Shown one piece after another: positions 51,724-61,213 of a stretch of DNA of 64,000 nucleotides; position 1 is the stretch's first letter; each line of letters opens with the position of its first letter. The translations under genes were made by a program, and so were the position numbers. The stretch covers positions 5,930 to 69,929 of the forward strand of contig JAVCCH010000086.1 in assembly GCA_030765535.1 (NCBI GenBank), in the 5' to 3' direction. This DNA comes from Candidatus Tenebribacter davisii. GTDB taxonomy: Bacteria > Cloacimonadota > Cloacimonadia > Cloacimonadales > TCS61. The notes under the pieces were generated by a model that had not been told where the DNA came from, searched no databases, and worked only from the letters and a program-made list of their open reading frames with translations.

Positions 51724-52788
51724 CTATTCAACCGTTATTTTTGTTGGCGTAATATTACCGGAAGAAATACTTTCTAGAATATGCATAAGATCTTCAACCT
51801 TGATATCATTATTCTGCCAATTTATTTTATCTATTGTATATCCAACTTCAAGTAGATTAATCAATTCACCTACTCCTTCAATATCTAACTGGTTGAAAAA
51901 ATTTATCAGATTCTGCAAACCTGACTCATCGGAGGCAGTATCTGAAAGTTTAAAAAGATAGATAGTACTTTTATATTCACTTTCTGATGCCATGATAGGA
52001 TTCATTGTTCTGGCTATGATCTGCCAGGCATAAGTTTTATTGTATTCAAATCCGGGTGCTCTGGGCGGATAAGAATAACTTGTAACTGCAATATCACTTT
52101 CAGTATAGTATGGTTCCAACATCTCTATCTCATCAACAGAATCGTAAATACGGTCTAACTCATAGCATTTGAATGTATAACTTTCCAAGTTGGAAAACCA
52201 GATAAAATTCGGATATTGTTCAGTAATATTAGTTACTCCAAGACCAATCGGGTTACCCGGAGTGATAAGAGAAATTGATATTGGTGAGCGAATAGTTACG
52301 ATAGCAGTAACCGGATTAGATAGTAGATATGCCTCCTCACCCTGGTGTCCTTCTTCATAGATCCCAATATTAAAGATGTAATTACCATCCGGCATTCTGC
52401 CTGTATTCATGATAAGATCTTCAATGTTATCTAGAAAGTCATCAAAGTTTTGTACTGTAGTAAATCCACCCGGAGCAGAATTGATGATATCAATACTATT
52501 GAGTAATGTAGGAAACTGACCCGGAGTATTAGGAGTAAGGGTCATTGTCGCCTCTTCATCTTCCCAAACCATTCTACAGTAGAGAACAGCATTCATACTT
52601 GTAGGTCCATTTATTCCAACCGTAAAAAGACTCGGTTGCATTTCTGGTTCATCCGGATTAAAATTCGCAGGATAAAGAACATGGTAAGTTTTATGTAAGG
52701 GGGGAGTTACAGTTAAAGTAAAATCATATGTTTGGGCAAAAAGACTGATGGACATTGCTAAAATTAAAATTACTAAGATTTTTTTCAT
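51724..52788 (-). CDS. Secreted hypothetical protein (beta-sandwich/Fn3-like)
   Basis: Signal peptide MKKILVILILAMSISLFA after a GGAGGA RBS; PNFIW..YTF..YAWQI pattern. Confidence 0.6.
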   Translation of the reverse strand: MKKILVILILAMSISLFAQTYDFTLTVTPPLHKTYHVLYPANFNPDEPEMQPSLFTVGINGPTSMNAVLYCRMVWEDEEATMTLTPNTPGQFPTLLNSIDIINSAPGGFTTVQNFDDFLDNIEDLIMNTGRMPDGNYIFNIGIYEEGHQGEEAYLLSNPVTAIVTIRSPISISLITPGNPIGLGVTNITEQYPNFIWFSNLESYTFKCYELDRIYDSVDEIEMLEPYYTESDIAVTSYSYPPRAPGFEYNKTYAWQIIARTMNPIMASESEYKSTIYLFKLSDTASDESGLQNLINFFNQLDIEGVGELINLLEVGYTIDKINWQNNDIKVEDLMHILESISSGNITPTKITVE

Positions 52789-52799
52789 TTTTTCCTCCA

Positions 52800-53750
52800 T
52801 TATAATTTCCGATTTAATGATAGTTCAATTATTTTATTAAGAAGCTCCGTAAAATTTATATTTACTTCTTTCGCTGCCATTGGTGTTAGACTTAATGGAG
52901 TCATACCAGGTAGAGTATTTACTTCCAGAAAGTAGAAATCTTTTCCGTCGTAACGGAAATCAACCCTTCCATATACTTCACATCCAAAAAGAGCAAATAC
53001 ATTCGTGGCTTGTTTCTGAATTAACTTTAATTCTGAATTAGAAAGTTTAGCAGGAACTTCATAGATAGTTTTGCCTTTTGTATATTTATTTTTATAATCA
53101 TACCATCCATTGTGAGGAATTATTTCAATTACAGGTAAGGCTTTTTTCCCCAGGATCGTAACTGTGAGTTCTCGTCCATCAATGAATTGTTCAATGATAA
53201 CTTTCTCACTAAATTTAAAAGCTTCAATAATTGCTTCTTTCATTTCGCATTCTTTCTCAATAATGCTAATTCCTACTGATGAACCAGAATCATTTGGTTT
53301 AATTACCATTGGGAAGCCGATAAATTTTACGATGGGATCATAATCATATTCATAATTATTATAGATAAGTCTTCGTTTTGGCAGTTTAATGCCTACATAC
53401 TCGGCAATGATTCCTGAGATATATTTATCCATTGATATTGCACTAGCCCGTTGACCAGAACCGGTAAATGGGATATTTTCAAGTGCTAAAAGCGATTGAA
53501 TTCTGCCATCTTCTCCTTCAGCACCATGCAGCCCGTTGAATACTATGTCAGGTTTTATTTCTTTTATTCTGTTTATCATATCAGAATAGGAAGCAAATTC
53601 GACAGGATCTATCATAGTGACTTTTTTACCATTTTTCTGCAGAGCTTTTGCAATCATATTTGAAGATGTTTTTGATACTTTTGCTTCGTGTGAAAAACCA
53701 CCTGATAGTACAATAACGTTTTTTATATTTACCATATACGTTTTATCCAT
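52800..53750 (-). CDS. ddl: D-alanine--D-alanine ligase
   Basis: GGFSHEAKVS, LHGAEGEDG, GSSVG, YDYKNKY, EVNTLPGMT; the start could be 53735. Confidence 0.95.
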   Translation of the reverse strand: MDKTYMVNIKNVIVLSGGFSHEAKVSKTSSNMIAKALQKNGKKVTMIDPVEFASYSDMINRIKEIKPDIVFNGLHGAEGEDGRIQSLLALENIPFTGSGQRASAISMDKYISGIIAEYVGIKLPKRRLIYNNYEYDYDPIVKFIGFPMVIKPNDSGSSVGISIIEKECEMKEAIIEAFKFSEKVIIEQFIDGRELTVTILGKKALPVIEIIPHNGWYDYKNKYTKGKTIYEVPAKLSNSELKLIQKQATNVFALFGCEVYGRVDFRYDGKDFYFLEVNTLPGMTPLSLTPMAAKEVNINFTELLNKIIELSLNRKL

Positions 53751-53786
53751 ATTCAAAAAAAATATGTCAAGAATAATAAGAAATCA

Positions 53787-55025
53787 TTATTTAAATGATT
53801 TAACATCTTCCAGAAAATTAGGATAAGATTTTGCTACCGACAACACATCAGAGATCATTATTTGGGGGAAGACAATCTTTAAAATATGAAAAGCCATTAC
53901 CAGACGATGATCTCCATATGTCTTAAGAATTAATCTTCCTGGTATTGTATCCAAACTATTTATTTTAAGTATACCATCCCTATATATTATCTTTGCTCCT
54001 ATATGAGTTAATTCCGTTATAAGTGCTTTAATTCTGTTTGATTCCTTAAATTTTAAATGTTCAATATCCTTAATTATAACTTGTGAATCTGCAAACAAAG
54101 CCAATACGGCTAGCGTTGGAACCTGATCCGGCATATTTCTCATACTTACTGAAATCCCTCTCAATCTGTTTTTGGTAACACTGATTTTATTTTTTTCGAT
54201 TTTTACATTAGCACCCATGTTTTTGAGGATTTCTATAAATCCATGATCTGCTTGAATTGAATTATGATTAACATTATTTGTAGAGATAACTGATCTGCTA
54301 AGAGCTCCTAATGCCCAGAAATAAGCAGCAGAAGAGAAATCAGGCTCTATACCATACTCTCCAAGTTCATTATATTCCTGACCTGCCTCAATAAATATCC
54401 TCTTGCCACTATATTCAGCAATTACACCAAAATCCTGCATGATCTTAATTGTCATATTAATGTAAGAACTTGAAACCACCTCTCCATCCAAAAATAGTTC
54501 CAGGTCATTTTTATACGATGGAGCTATTAATAACAATGAACTGATGAACTGGCTTGAGACATTAGCAGGAATATCAAAAACACCACCTTCCAAAATGGAA
54601 CCTTTTATCAACAATATATCATCAGAAAATTCAATCTTAGCACCCATTTCCCTTAGAACTTCGATTAATGGTTTTATTGGTCTTTTTTTCAACTGTTCAG
54701 ATACTTGTATACTGATCTTTGTTCTATTTAATGCAGCGGTTCTTGATATTAGGAATCTATATGCAGTTCCTGAATCCTGAATAAAGAGATCGCAATTCCT
54801 ACAAGGTTTTTTTGGAGGAGTAATTATCCAATTTTTATTAGTTTTATCAATTTTTAATCCCAATTTACATAAATTATCTGCCATTGTTGTTACATCAAGA
54901 CAGTTTGATGGATGAGATATTGCAATTTTATTTTGCAAATATGAAGCAATTATCAATACCCTATTTAAAATCGATTTCGAACCATTTAAAGTTATATGTC
55001 CTGAAATATTTATATGATTTATCAT
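53787..55025 (-). CDS. aroA: 3-phosphoshikimate 1-carboxyvinyltransferase
   Basis: GSKSILNR, DSGTAYRF, SSQFISSLL, KESNRI, DHRLVMA, KSYPNF. Confidence 0.95.
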   Translation of the reverse strand: MINHINISGHITLNGSKSILNRVLIIASYLQNKIAISHPSNCLDVTTMADNLCKLGLKIDKTNKNWIITPPKKPCRNCDLFIQDSGTAYRFLISRTAALNRTKISIQVSEQLKKRPIKPLIEVLREMGAKIEFSDDILLIKGSILEGGVFDIPANVSSQFISSLLLIAPSYKNDLELFLDGEVVSSSYINMTIKIMQDFGVIAEYSGKRIFIEAGQEYNELGEYGIEPDFSSAAYFWALGALSRSVISTNNVNHNSIQADHGFIEILKNMGANVKIEKNKISVTKNRLRGISVSMRNMPDQVPTLAVLALFADSQVIIKDIEHLKFKESNRIKALITELTHIGAKIIYRDGILKINSLDTIPGRLILKTYGDHRLVMAFHILKIVFPQIMISDVLSVAKSYPNFLEDVKSFK

Positions 55026-55148
55026 CCATTCTCCATATTTAAAGTGAGATTTAGAAAATTACCTTGTATAAGTCAATAAACTATTTTTTATTTTGACAAC
55101 AAAAGCATACGTTCATTTATTCCCTTATTATTGAAAAGAGGTTTATGG

Positions 55149-55832
55149 ATGAATGATATTATTAATATCAAGGAACTGAAGAAAGAATACCGAATGGGAA
55201 AAATTACAGTACCAGCGTTAAATGGTATTGATATTTCAATAAATGAAGGAGAATTTGTAGCTATTATGGGACCATCCGGTTCAGGAAAATCCACCCTCAT
55301 GCACATCTTGGGATGCCTGGATACTCCTACTGAAGGCATTTATTCACTTAATTCCGAATTAGTGAGTAAAATAAAAAAAGGTAAGCTTGCACTTATTAGA
55401 AACAAACAGATCGGATTTGTGTTCCAGACCTTTAATCTTTTACCCCATTTAAACATACTCAAAAATGTTGAATTACCTCTTATGTATGCCGGATTGAGTA
55501 AGAAACAAAGGACCAGTACTGCTAAAAAGGTGTTATCGGAAGTAGGACTGGGTGATAGGTTAAAGCATAAGCCTTCAGAACTATCCGGAGGTCAAAGACA
55601 AAGAGTTGCTATCGCTCGTGCTATTGTTAATAATCCTACCATCATCTTAGCTGATGAACCAACCGGGAATCTTGATACCGCCTCAGGCAGTGATATACTA
55701 TCAATATTTTCTGATCTTAATGACAAAGGACATACTATTATAATGGTTACACATGATCCGGCTGTTGCAAAAAGAGCTACAAGAGTAATAAAAATCGTTG
55801 ATGGATTGATACAAGATGGCAATATCAGTTAA
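55149..55832 (+). CDS. ABC transporter ATP-binding protein (MacB/LolD family)
   Basis: GPSGSGKST, LSGGQRQRVAIARA, LADEPTGNLD; ATG at 55149. Confidence 0.93.
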   Translation: MNDIINIKELKKEYRMGKITVPALNGIDISINEGEFVAIMGPSGSGKSTLMHILGCLDTPTEGIYSLNSELVSKIKKGKLALIRNKQIGFVFQTFNLLPHLNILKNVELPLMYAGLSKKQRTSTAKKVLSEVGLGDRLKHKPSELSGGQRQRVAIARAIVNNPTIILADEPTGNLDTASGSDILSIFSDLNDKGHTIIMVTHDPAVAKRATRVIKIVDGLIQDGNIS

Positions 55833-57042
55833 AGAAAATTTAATTGTAGGATTCTCTGATTTCTGGTCTAGAAAGGTTAGAAGTATAATTACAGTAATTG
55901 GAATTGTGTTGGGAACGATGTCAATTATTGTCGTGTTATCTCTTGTAAACGGTGTAAATGCACAAACTATGAAATGGATGATAGAACGTGGTGGTTTAAG
56001 CAAGATCAGCGTTTACAGAAATTGGGAATACAGGCATTCGAATTATGTTAAAGATTATTTTACCTGGAAAGAACTTAAACTTATAAGATCACTTATCCCT
56101 GAAGCAAAATATTTTAATCCGCAGCAGCGGCATTGGGTTCGACATTCCAAAGACGATAAAGATTACAGTACCAGAATTTATGGAGTTTTACCTGATTATT
56201 CCAAGATCGAGGAATGGGATGTGCAGGAAGGAAGATTCATAAGTAATTTTGATATAGATCAATCAAATGACGTTATCGTGATTGGTACAACTGTAAAAGA
56301 GGAACTTTTCGGAAATAAAAATGCCATTGGTGCAGTAATTACAGTCAATAATAGAAGGCTAAAAGTTATAGGTATAATGGCTTACCGTTATATGAAAAGT
56401 AATGGCGCCTTTGGTAATGAAAATTCCTTTTCTTATTTAAACCGGCAAACATTTGTTCCTCTTACAACTATGATAAAAAAAGGAAGCGGAACTGATAAGA
56501 CGCAATCATTCACACTTAAAGCTCAGGATGCTGCAAGTGCACCGGAACTGCGAGAGAAATTGAACAATATAATTTTAAATTTAAGAAGAGGTTTACCTGT
56601 TTTTCGGGTAGAATCTGCTAAAGAAGAAGCAGAAGAGATGGCTGAGAATTCTAAAATGTTTCAAATAATCTTTTATATAATCAGCGTGATCTCATTGTTA
56701 GTGGGTGCTATTGTAATAGCAAATATTATGTTAGCTACAATCCAGGAAAGAACACGTGAGATCGGGATAAGATTAACAGTTGGAGCCAGGCGAAGGGATA
56801 TTTTTGTTCAATTTCTTGTTCAGACCATTCTGGTCACAACTATCGGAGGAATTTTAGGGATAATTGTTGGATTATCTATATTGGATATTGTTAGTAAATT
56901 CTTAGAAATGGAGTTGGTCGCTGGTATATCAATGATTTTTGTTGCATTACTGGTTTCTGCTGGTGTAGGACTTGTATCAGGAATCATTCCAGCAATAATG
57001 GCGAGTAAATTAGATCCTGTAGAAGCATTGAGGTATGAATAA
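55816..57042 (+). CDS. ABC transporter permease (MacB/FtsX family)
   Basis: MacB periplasmic core; ERTREIGIR..GA, PAIMASKLDPVEALRYE. Confidence 0.92.
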   Translation: MAISVKENLIVGFSDFWSRKVRSIITVIGIVLGTMSIIVVLSLVNGVNAQTMKWMIERGGLSKISVYRNWEYRHSNYVKDYFTWKELKLIRSLIPEAKYFNPQQRHWVRHSKDDKDYSTRIYGVLPDYSKIEEWDVQEGRFISNFDIDQSNDVIVIGTTVKEELFGNKNAIGAVITVNNRRLKVIGIMAYRYMKSNGAFGNENSFSYLNRQTFVPLTTMIKKGSGTDKTQSFTLKAQDAASAPELREKLNNIILNLRRGLPVFRVESAKEEAEEMAENSKMFQIIFYIISVISLLVGAIVIANIMLATIQERTREIGIRLTVGARRRDIFVQFLVQTILVTTIGGILGIIVGLSILDIVSKFLEMELVAGISMIFVALLVSAGVGLVSGIIPAIMASKLDPVEALRYE

Positions 57043-58058
57043 TGAAATTTAAATTAATATTAAAACAAATTTACACTTTTTTAAAAACATTCTGGAAAAA
57101 ATATAATGAAGACAAGATCTTCAAGGAATCTGCCGCTCTCACCTATGTAACATTATTGGGATTTGTACCCTTTATTATCTTCCTGCTCTACTTTCTGCCG
57201 AATTTATCATTCATGAAAATGGAAGACCAAATATCAAAACTGGCGCTATCAATATTTGTTCCGGAATCTGCTGAAGCGATCTTTGATTATATAAATCAAA
57301 TAGCTCACAAAAGGATCCCATTTAACTTGATCAGTTTTGGTATCCTTATTTTCACATCTTATTCACTGTTTCAGATCATCAACTCTTCTTTTGACAGGAT
57401 ATTGTGTGCTAAAGAGATAAAATCAAAAAAATTTTTTACTGAGATTATCAGGTTTTTTGGAATGGCTATTTTTGGTTCTGTAATAATTCTGGCTCTACTT
57501 TCCGCAACTTCACTTCCCTTTGTTTCAAAATATCTGGAAATACCATTTTTACAAAATCTATCCCTTTATTTCACACCATTCCTGATCCTTTTTTTCATCT
57601 TCACACTGGGTTTCTTTTATATACCCACAGTTAAGGTGAAAAAACGTTCTATAGTTGCAGGAGCTGCTATTTCAGCAGCAATCTGGATCTTATTCAAAGC
57701 ATTTTTCAACTGGTATATTGCCACACTTACAAATATTGAAATAATCTTTGGTGTCTTAGGTGCAGTTCCTATCTTCCTTATCTGGATATATACAAACTGG
57801 ATAATTATGCTAAGTGGTGTTGTTATCGTATCTATCTTAGAAGGAAGGGACAGCGCAGAAGATGATACACATAAAGACCTGCAGGCAGTAAAAATTACTT
57901 TTGAAAAATATGTTGATAAAAAAGACATGAAGAACCTGCAGAAAACAACATTGAACAAAAGTGAACTTAAAAATATACTAAGAGAATTAGTCAAAGAAGA
58001 AGAAGAAACAGAAGAAATAGATATCCAAAAAAATGAGTTTACAGAAAAAGACGAATAA
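57042..58058 (+). CDS. YihY/virulence factor BrkB family membrane protein
   Basis: SAALTYVTLLGFVP, IFGVLGAVPIFLIWIYTNWIIMLSG. Confidence 0.88.
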   Translation: MKFKLILKQIYTFLKTFWKKYNEDKIFKESAALTYVTLLGFVPFIIFLLYFLPNLSFMKMEDQISKLALSIFVPESAEAIFDYINQIAHKRIPFNLISFGILIFTSYSLFQIINSSFDRILCAKEIKSKKFFTEIIRFFGMAIFGSVIILALLSATSLPFVSKYLEIPFLQNLSLYFTPFLILFFIFTLGFFYIPTVKVKKRSIVAGAAISAAIWILFKAFFNWYIATLTNIEIIFGVLGAVPIFLIWIYTNWIIMLSGVVIVSILEGRDSAEDDTHKDLQAVKITFEKYVDKKDMKNLQKTTLNKSELKNILRELVKEEEETEEIDIQKNEFTEKDE

Positions 58059-58087
58059 TTTTTTTCACAATTAATAAAATATTAAAC

Positions 58088-58175
58088 GGAGACGTGTCCG
58101 AGTGGCTTAAGGAGCACGCTTGGAAAGCGTGTATGCGGCAACGTATCCTGGGTTCGAATCCCAGCGTCTCCGCCA
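58088..58175 (+). tRNA. tRNA-Ser(GGA)
   Basis: GGAGACG acceptor pairs with CGTCTCC-GCCA; anticodon arm CACGC-TTGGAAA-GCGTG; long variable arm; GGTTCGAATCC T-arm. Confidence 0.97.
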
Positions 58176-58239
58176 TTATAGTTTAATAAACCATTGTTAT
58201 TAAAGCATATACCAAATATCATTTCCTTTTTTATATTGC

Positions 58240-58263
58240 TATATGTGGCTATATATGTGGCTA
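58240..58263. repeat. Tandem 12-mer TATATGTGGCTA x2 (integrase arm-site-like)
   Basis: Perfect tandem copies 65 bp downstream of the tRNA-Ser CCA, plus a partial copy at 58232-58241. Confidence 0.6.
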
Positions 58264-58290
58264 TATTTTTCAAACTTCAACAATATATAC

Positions 58291-59319
58291 TTAGTCATGC
58301 TTATCAAATATAATTTTCTTCGCATTCTCGTTAATTGAATCCTTCTTTGATTTTATAGGATTACTTGAAAAATAGTTATCTAGAGTGCTCCGTTTAATAT
58401 AAAGCTTACCTCCTCCTGGCTTTGCAAATGGTATCTTCTTTTTTGATGTTAACTGATAAATTGCACTTATTGGACGGTCTATATAATCTGCTGCTTGTTG
58501 TGAGTTAAGCATATCTTCTGGAGAGTAATCTTTTTGAGTTTCTTCATGTTCAACACTGACTCCAATATTTTTCTCGTCTTTGGAAGTATTAGAAAAATCC
58601 TCTTTCCTTATTATATATAGATACACAATCTCAACAAATTTCTGGAATACTGCCCCGTTAGATTTATTAAATTTAGTATAGGCATCCGTTACTTGCTTAT
58701 ATTCATTCTTCATAGTATATTTTTTTTTTACAATACTATTATTTACAATGAATCGACTAACTATTTCAGAGAAAAAAGATTCTAACAAATCATTTAAGGA
58801 GTATAATCCGCTATTTGTATAAGATGTGATAAAATCCTTATATCTTTTATCATCTTCCTTTTCAAAGTCTTTAGTGTAAGGCATCAAGAAGTAAGAGTTA
58901 ACTCCTTCTTCGAATATCCTTGATTCTGCAATCATTATCACAAAGTAACATAGAAACGTAATTGTTTGGTGAACATTAAATCCATAATGTTCCATACATT
59001 TATCAAGACTCTCACCTTTACAGCTATTTAAAAATTGTTCTTTTGTAATATTGTCCTTCACCTGTTCTTTAAAGATTAATATTGGTACTCTCCTCTGAAG
59101 TTCAAGGTAATAGCATAGTTGAGAGTCTAACAATCTCCCTTCAATAGTTGCTTTATTCTTAGGATAACTCTGAACATGTTGTAAGAACCATTCAATAGTA
59201 ATATTCTTTAATAATTCGTCGGCCATTGTATTGGGCATAATGGCTTCGTATTGTTTTCCTTCTTCAACCTTCGACATAATGCGATCAAACTCTTTAAATG
59301 GATCCACTATCTTAACCAT
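58291..59319 (-). CDS. Hypothetical protein with C-terminal excisionase-like HTH (HTH_17)
   Basis: MLNSQQAADYIDRPISAIYQLTSKKKIPFAKPGGGKLYIKRSTLDNYF. Confidence 0.75.
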   Translation of the reverse strand: MVKIVDPFKEFDRIMSKVEEGKQYEAIMPNTMADELLKNITIEWFLQHVQSYPKNKATIEGRLLDSQLCYYLELQRRVPILIFKEQVKDNITKEQFLNSCKGESLDKCMEHYGFNVHQTITFLCYFVIMIAESRIFEEGVNSYFLMPYTKDFEKEDDKRYKDFITSYTNSGLYSLNDLLESFFSEIVSRFIVNNSIVKKKYTMKNEYKQVTDAYTKFNKSNGAVFQKFVEIVYLYIIRKEDFSNTSKDEKNIGVSVEHEETQKDYSPEDMLNSQQAADYIDRPISAIYQLTSKKKIPFAKPGGGKLYIKRSTLDNYFSSNPIKSKKDSINENAKKIIFDKHD

Positions 59320-59421
59320 CCTCTATTCTATTTGCATCATCACCATTTACCGCTCATGTATGAGCAGTAAAAAACTTTGTCGATCATATTTTGCATTTAT
59401 AAGCTACAAGATATCATTCAG

Positions 59422-60849
59422 CTATATTTTTTCGATAACTTCCCAATAGCCACCTTTATCTGGTCCTACTCTTTTTATTAATCCCCTCTCTTGTAGTACC
59501 CTTAAATTATATTTAACACCATCCTCTGTAATATTATCTAACTTTTCTGATATTTCTTTTCTGCTTGCTTTAGGATATTTTATCAAGAAATCTATAATCT
59601 CTTGTTGTTTCTGGGTAGTTTTCTGGGTAGTTTTCTGGGTAGTTTTCTGGGTAGTTTTCTGGGTAGTTTTCTGGGTAGTCATCTTGAGATCTACATAATC
59701 CAACCGGCTAATATAGATTGGTATATCATCCACATAGGTGCTCCATCCTTTGAATATCTTGTCAAAGCCATAACCAGCAGTTTCTGCAAGTTTGATAACT
59801 CTGAACATCTTGGCTATCAAAGGATTGCGTGGCTGTGAAATATCTGCTTTTCGTAGATCATTAAGATCTTTGGGTAATCCACCCGGATTATAGAATTCTA
59901 TATGATCAAGGAAAATCCGGATGCGTGGCTTAGAAGTACTAAAATAATCTGCATGCATCAACATGTTTACCAATGCTTCTCGAAGTGCTTGCACATGAGG
60001 TTGTTCTTCAGTTGCCATTCCTTCAGCTGTCATTTTAAAAGGAATATCTATTTTTTGCAGTAACCTGGGATAAATAGCGAAATAATACTCAAAGATGTTC
60101 TGCTGCTGATCTAATCTGAAGCTATATCTCTCTTCAGCATCATCCAAAGATGTACCTGGTATCTCTAAGTAATCTATCCTGAAGTCTGCAATCATCTCTT
60201 CGATTTTCTCTGCTTGCCCAAAGAAAAGCAGTCCGGCAACTGTTACTTTACCTTCTTTTATAACCTGTAGTTTCTGTAGCAAATCATCATCAGATATTAA
60301 GTTGTAAGGATGGGAAGGATTAGTTGTAGCAAGATAATTTCTATAGCGTTCGATTGATCTCTGATCGAGAGCATCAGGAGCATTAGTGGTAAGTTCACGA
60401 TCTTTTGTACCGAATGCTTGATCCCGATACATAGCATCAATTTCTGCTTGTGTAGCTCTCTGATCTCCACTGGCAGTTCTGATGAATGTGTTCTTAACAT
60501 TGTTGTAATAAACAGGCTTTTGAGCTGAAACACGGATGTAGAAAGCCAATACTGTTTTGCTTTCAATCTCATATTTCCTACAGATCGGATCGATCCTTAC
60601 ATTGAATTTCTGGTTCGATCTTAAGGTAGTGATAAAGCTTTGCTCGATCTTTTCCGGATCTACTACGCCGTATATTGTATACTTTTCTTTTTGTTGAAAG
60701 ACACCAAATACTAACCAGCCACCACCTGTATTGGCAAACGCACTTACTGTTTCCCAGCTATTTTTGGGAATCGATTTTTCTGCCTTCTTTACTTCGAAGT
60801 CATCCCACTCGATGTCTTGCAATCGTTTGATCAGATCTTCTTTTGTCAT
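59422..60849 (-). CDS. Schlafen/AlbA_2 + HATPase_c_4 ('RecG C-terminal') + wHTH protein
   Basis: EWDDFEVK..WETVSAFANTGGGWLVFGV; LREALVNMLMHADY; PRNPLIA; ETAGYG; C-terminal GPDKGGYW wHTH. Confidence 0.88.
   Translation of the reverse strand: MTKEDLIKRLQDIEWDDFEVKKAEKSIPKNSWETVSAFANTGGGWLVFGVFQQKEKYTIYGVVDPEKIEQSFITTLRSNQKFNVRIDPICRKYEIESKTVLAFYIRVSAQKPVYYNNVKNTFIRTASGDQRATQAEIDAMYRDQAFGTKDRELTTNAPDALDQRSIERYRNYLATTNPSHPYNLISDDDLLQKLQVIKEGKVTVAGLLFFGQAEKIEEMIADFRIDYLEIPGTSLDDAEERYSFRLDQQQNIFEYYFAIYPRLLQKIDIPFKMTAEGMATEEQPHVQALREALVNMLMHADYFSTSKPRIRIFLDHIEFYNPGGLPKDLNDLRKADISQPRNPLIAKMFRVIKLAETAGYGFDKIFKGWSTYVDDIPIYISRLDYVDLKMTTQKTTQKTTQKTTQKTTQKTTQKQQEIIDFLIKYPKASRKEISEKLDNITEDGVKYNLRVLQERGLIKRVGPDKGGYWEVIEKI
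59608..59679 (-). repeat. Perfect 12-bp tandem repeat x6 encoding (TTQK)6 linker
   Basis: TTTCTGGGTAGT repeated six times on the plus strand. Confidence 0.95.
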
Positions 60850-60949
60850 ATTAATCTCCTATATCAATCCAACCGTCAATCTACTATTCAAATCGTCAAT
60901 CTTTCTAATTATATTTATTACAGTATCTTGGATTTCTACTTATCCACTT

Positions 60950-60967
60950 TGGTGGGCCCAAGTGGAC
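60950..60967 (-). mobile_element. Relic tRNA 3'-end (tRNA-Ile-like), att-like site
   Basis: Minus strand GTCCACTTGGGCCCACCA resembles the T-stem 3' half, acceptor and ACCA of tRNA-Ile(GAT); no 5' half is present. Confidence 0.6.
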
Positions 60968-61070
60968 ACTATCAGAACTTTATTTATGAATCCAAGTGAT
61001 AAAATATTATCAACGATTCATTTAGCTGAAAATGTGTAAAACAGGTCATAATTAATTGATCTTTATTCTT

Positions 61071-61180
61071 CCCCAATTACATAACGGTTACATATGTAAT
61101 GTTATTGTATTACATAGAGTTAGTAAACTATTACGAAATTTATCAAGATTATAGTTACATAAGCCGGTTAAGCTTATTTC
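61071..61180 (-). repeat. 110-bp recombination-site-like element, copy A
   Basis: 83/110 gapless identity to 62671-62780; TTACATA at 61077, 61088, 61110, 61155. Confidence 0.85.
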
Positions 61181-61213
61181 TAAGAACTTTTCATAATGAA
61201 ATTAAGATCAGGA

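Noticed and set aside
55149-57042. MacB-type pair lacking MacA/TolC
   Set aside because: Partners are often encoded elsewhere; nothing distinctive is visible here.
58082-58273. 63-aa minus-strand ORF
   Set aside because: It is the reverse complement of tRNA-Ser and the adjacent repeat.
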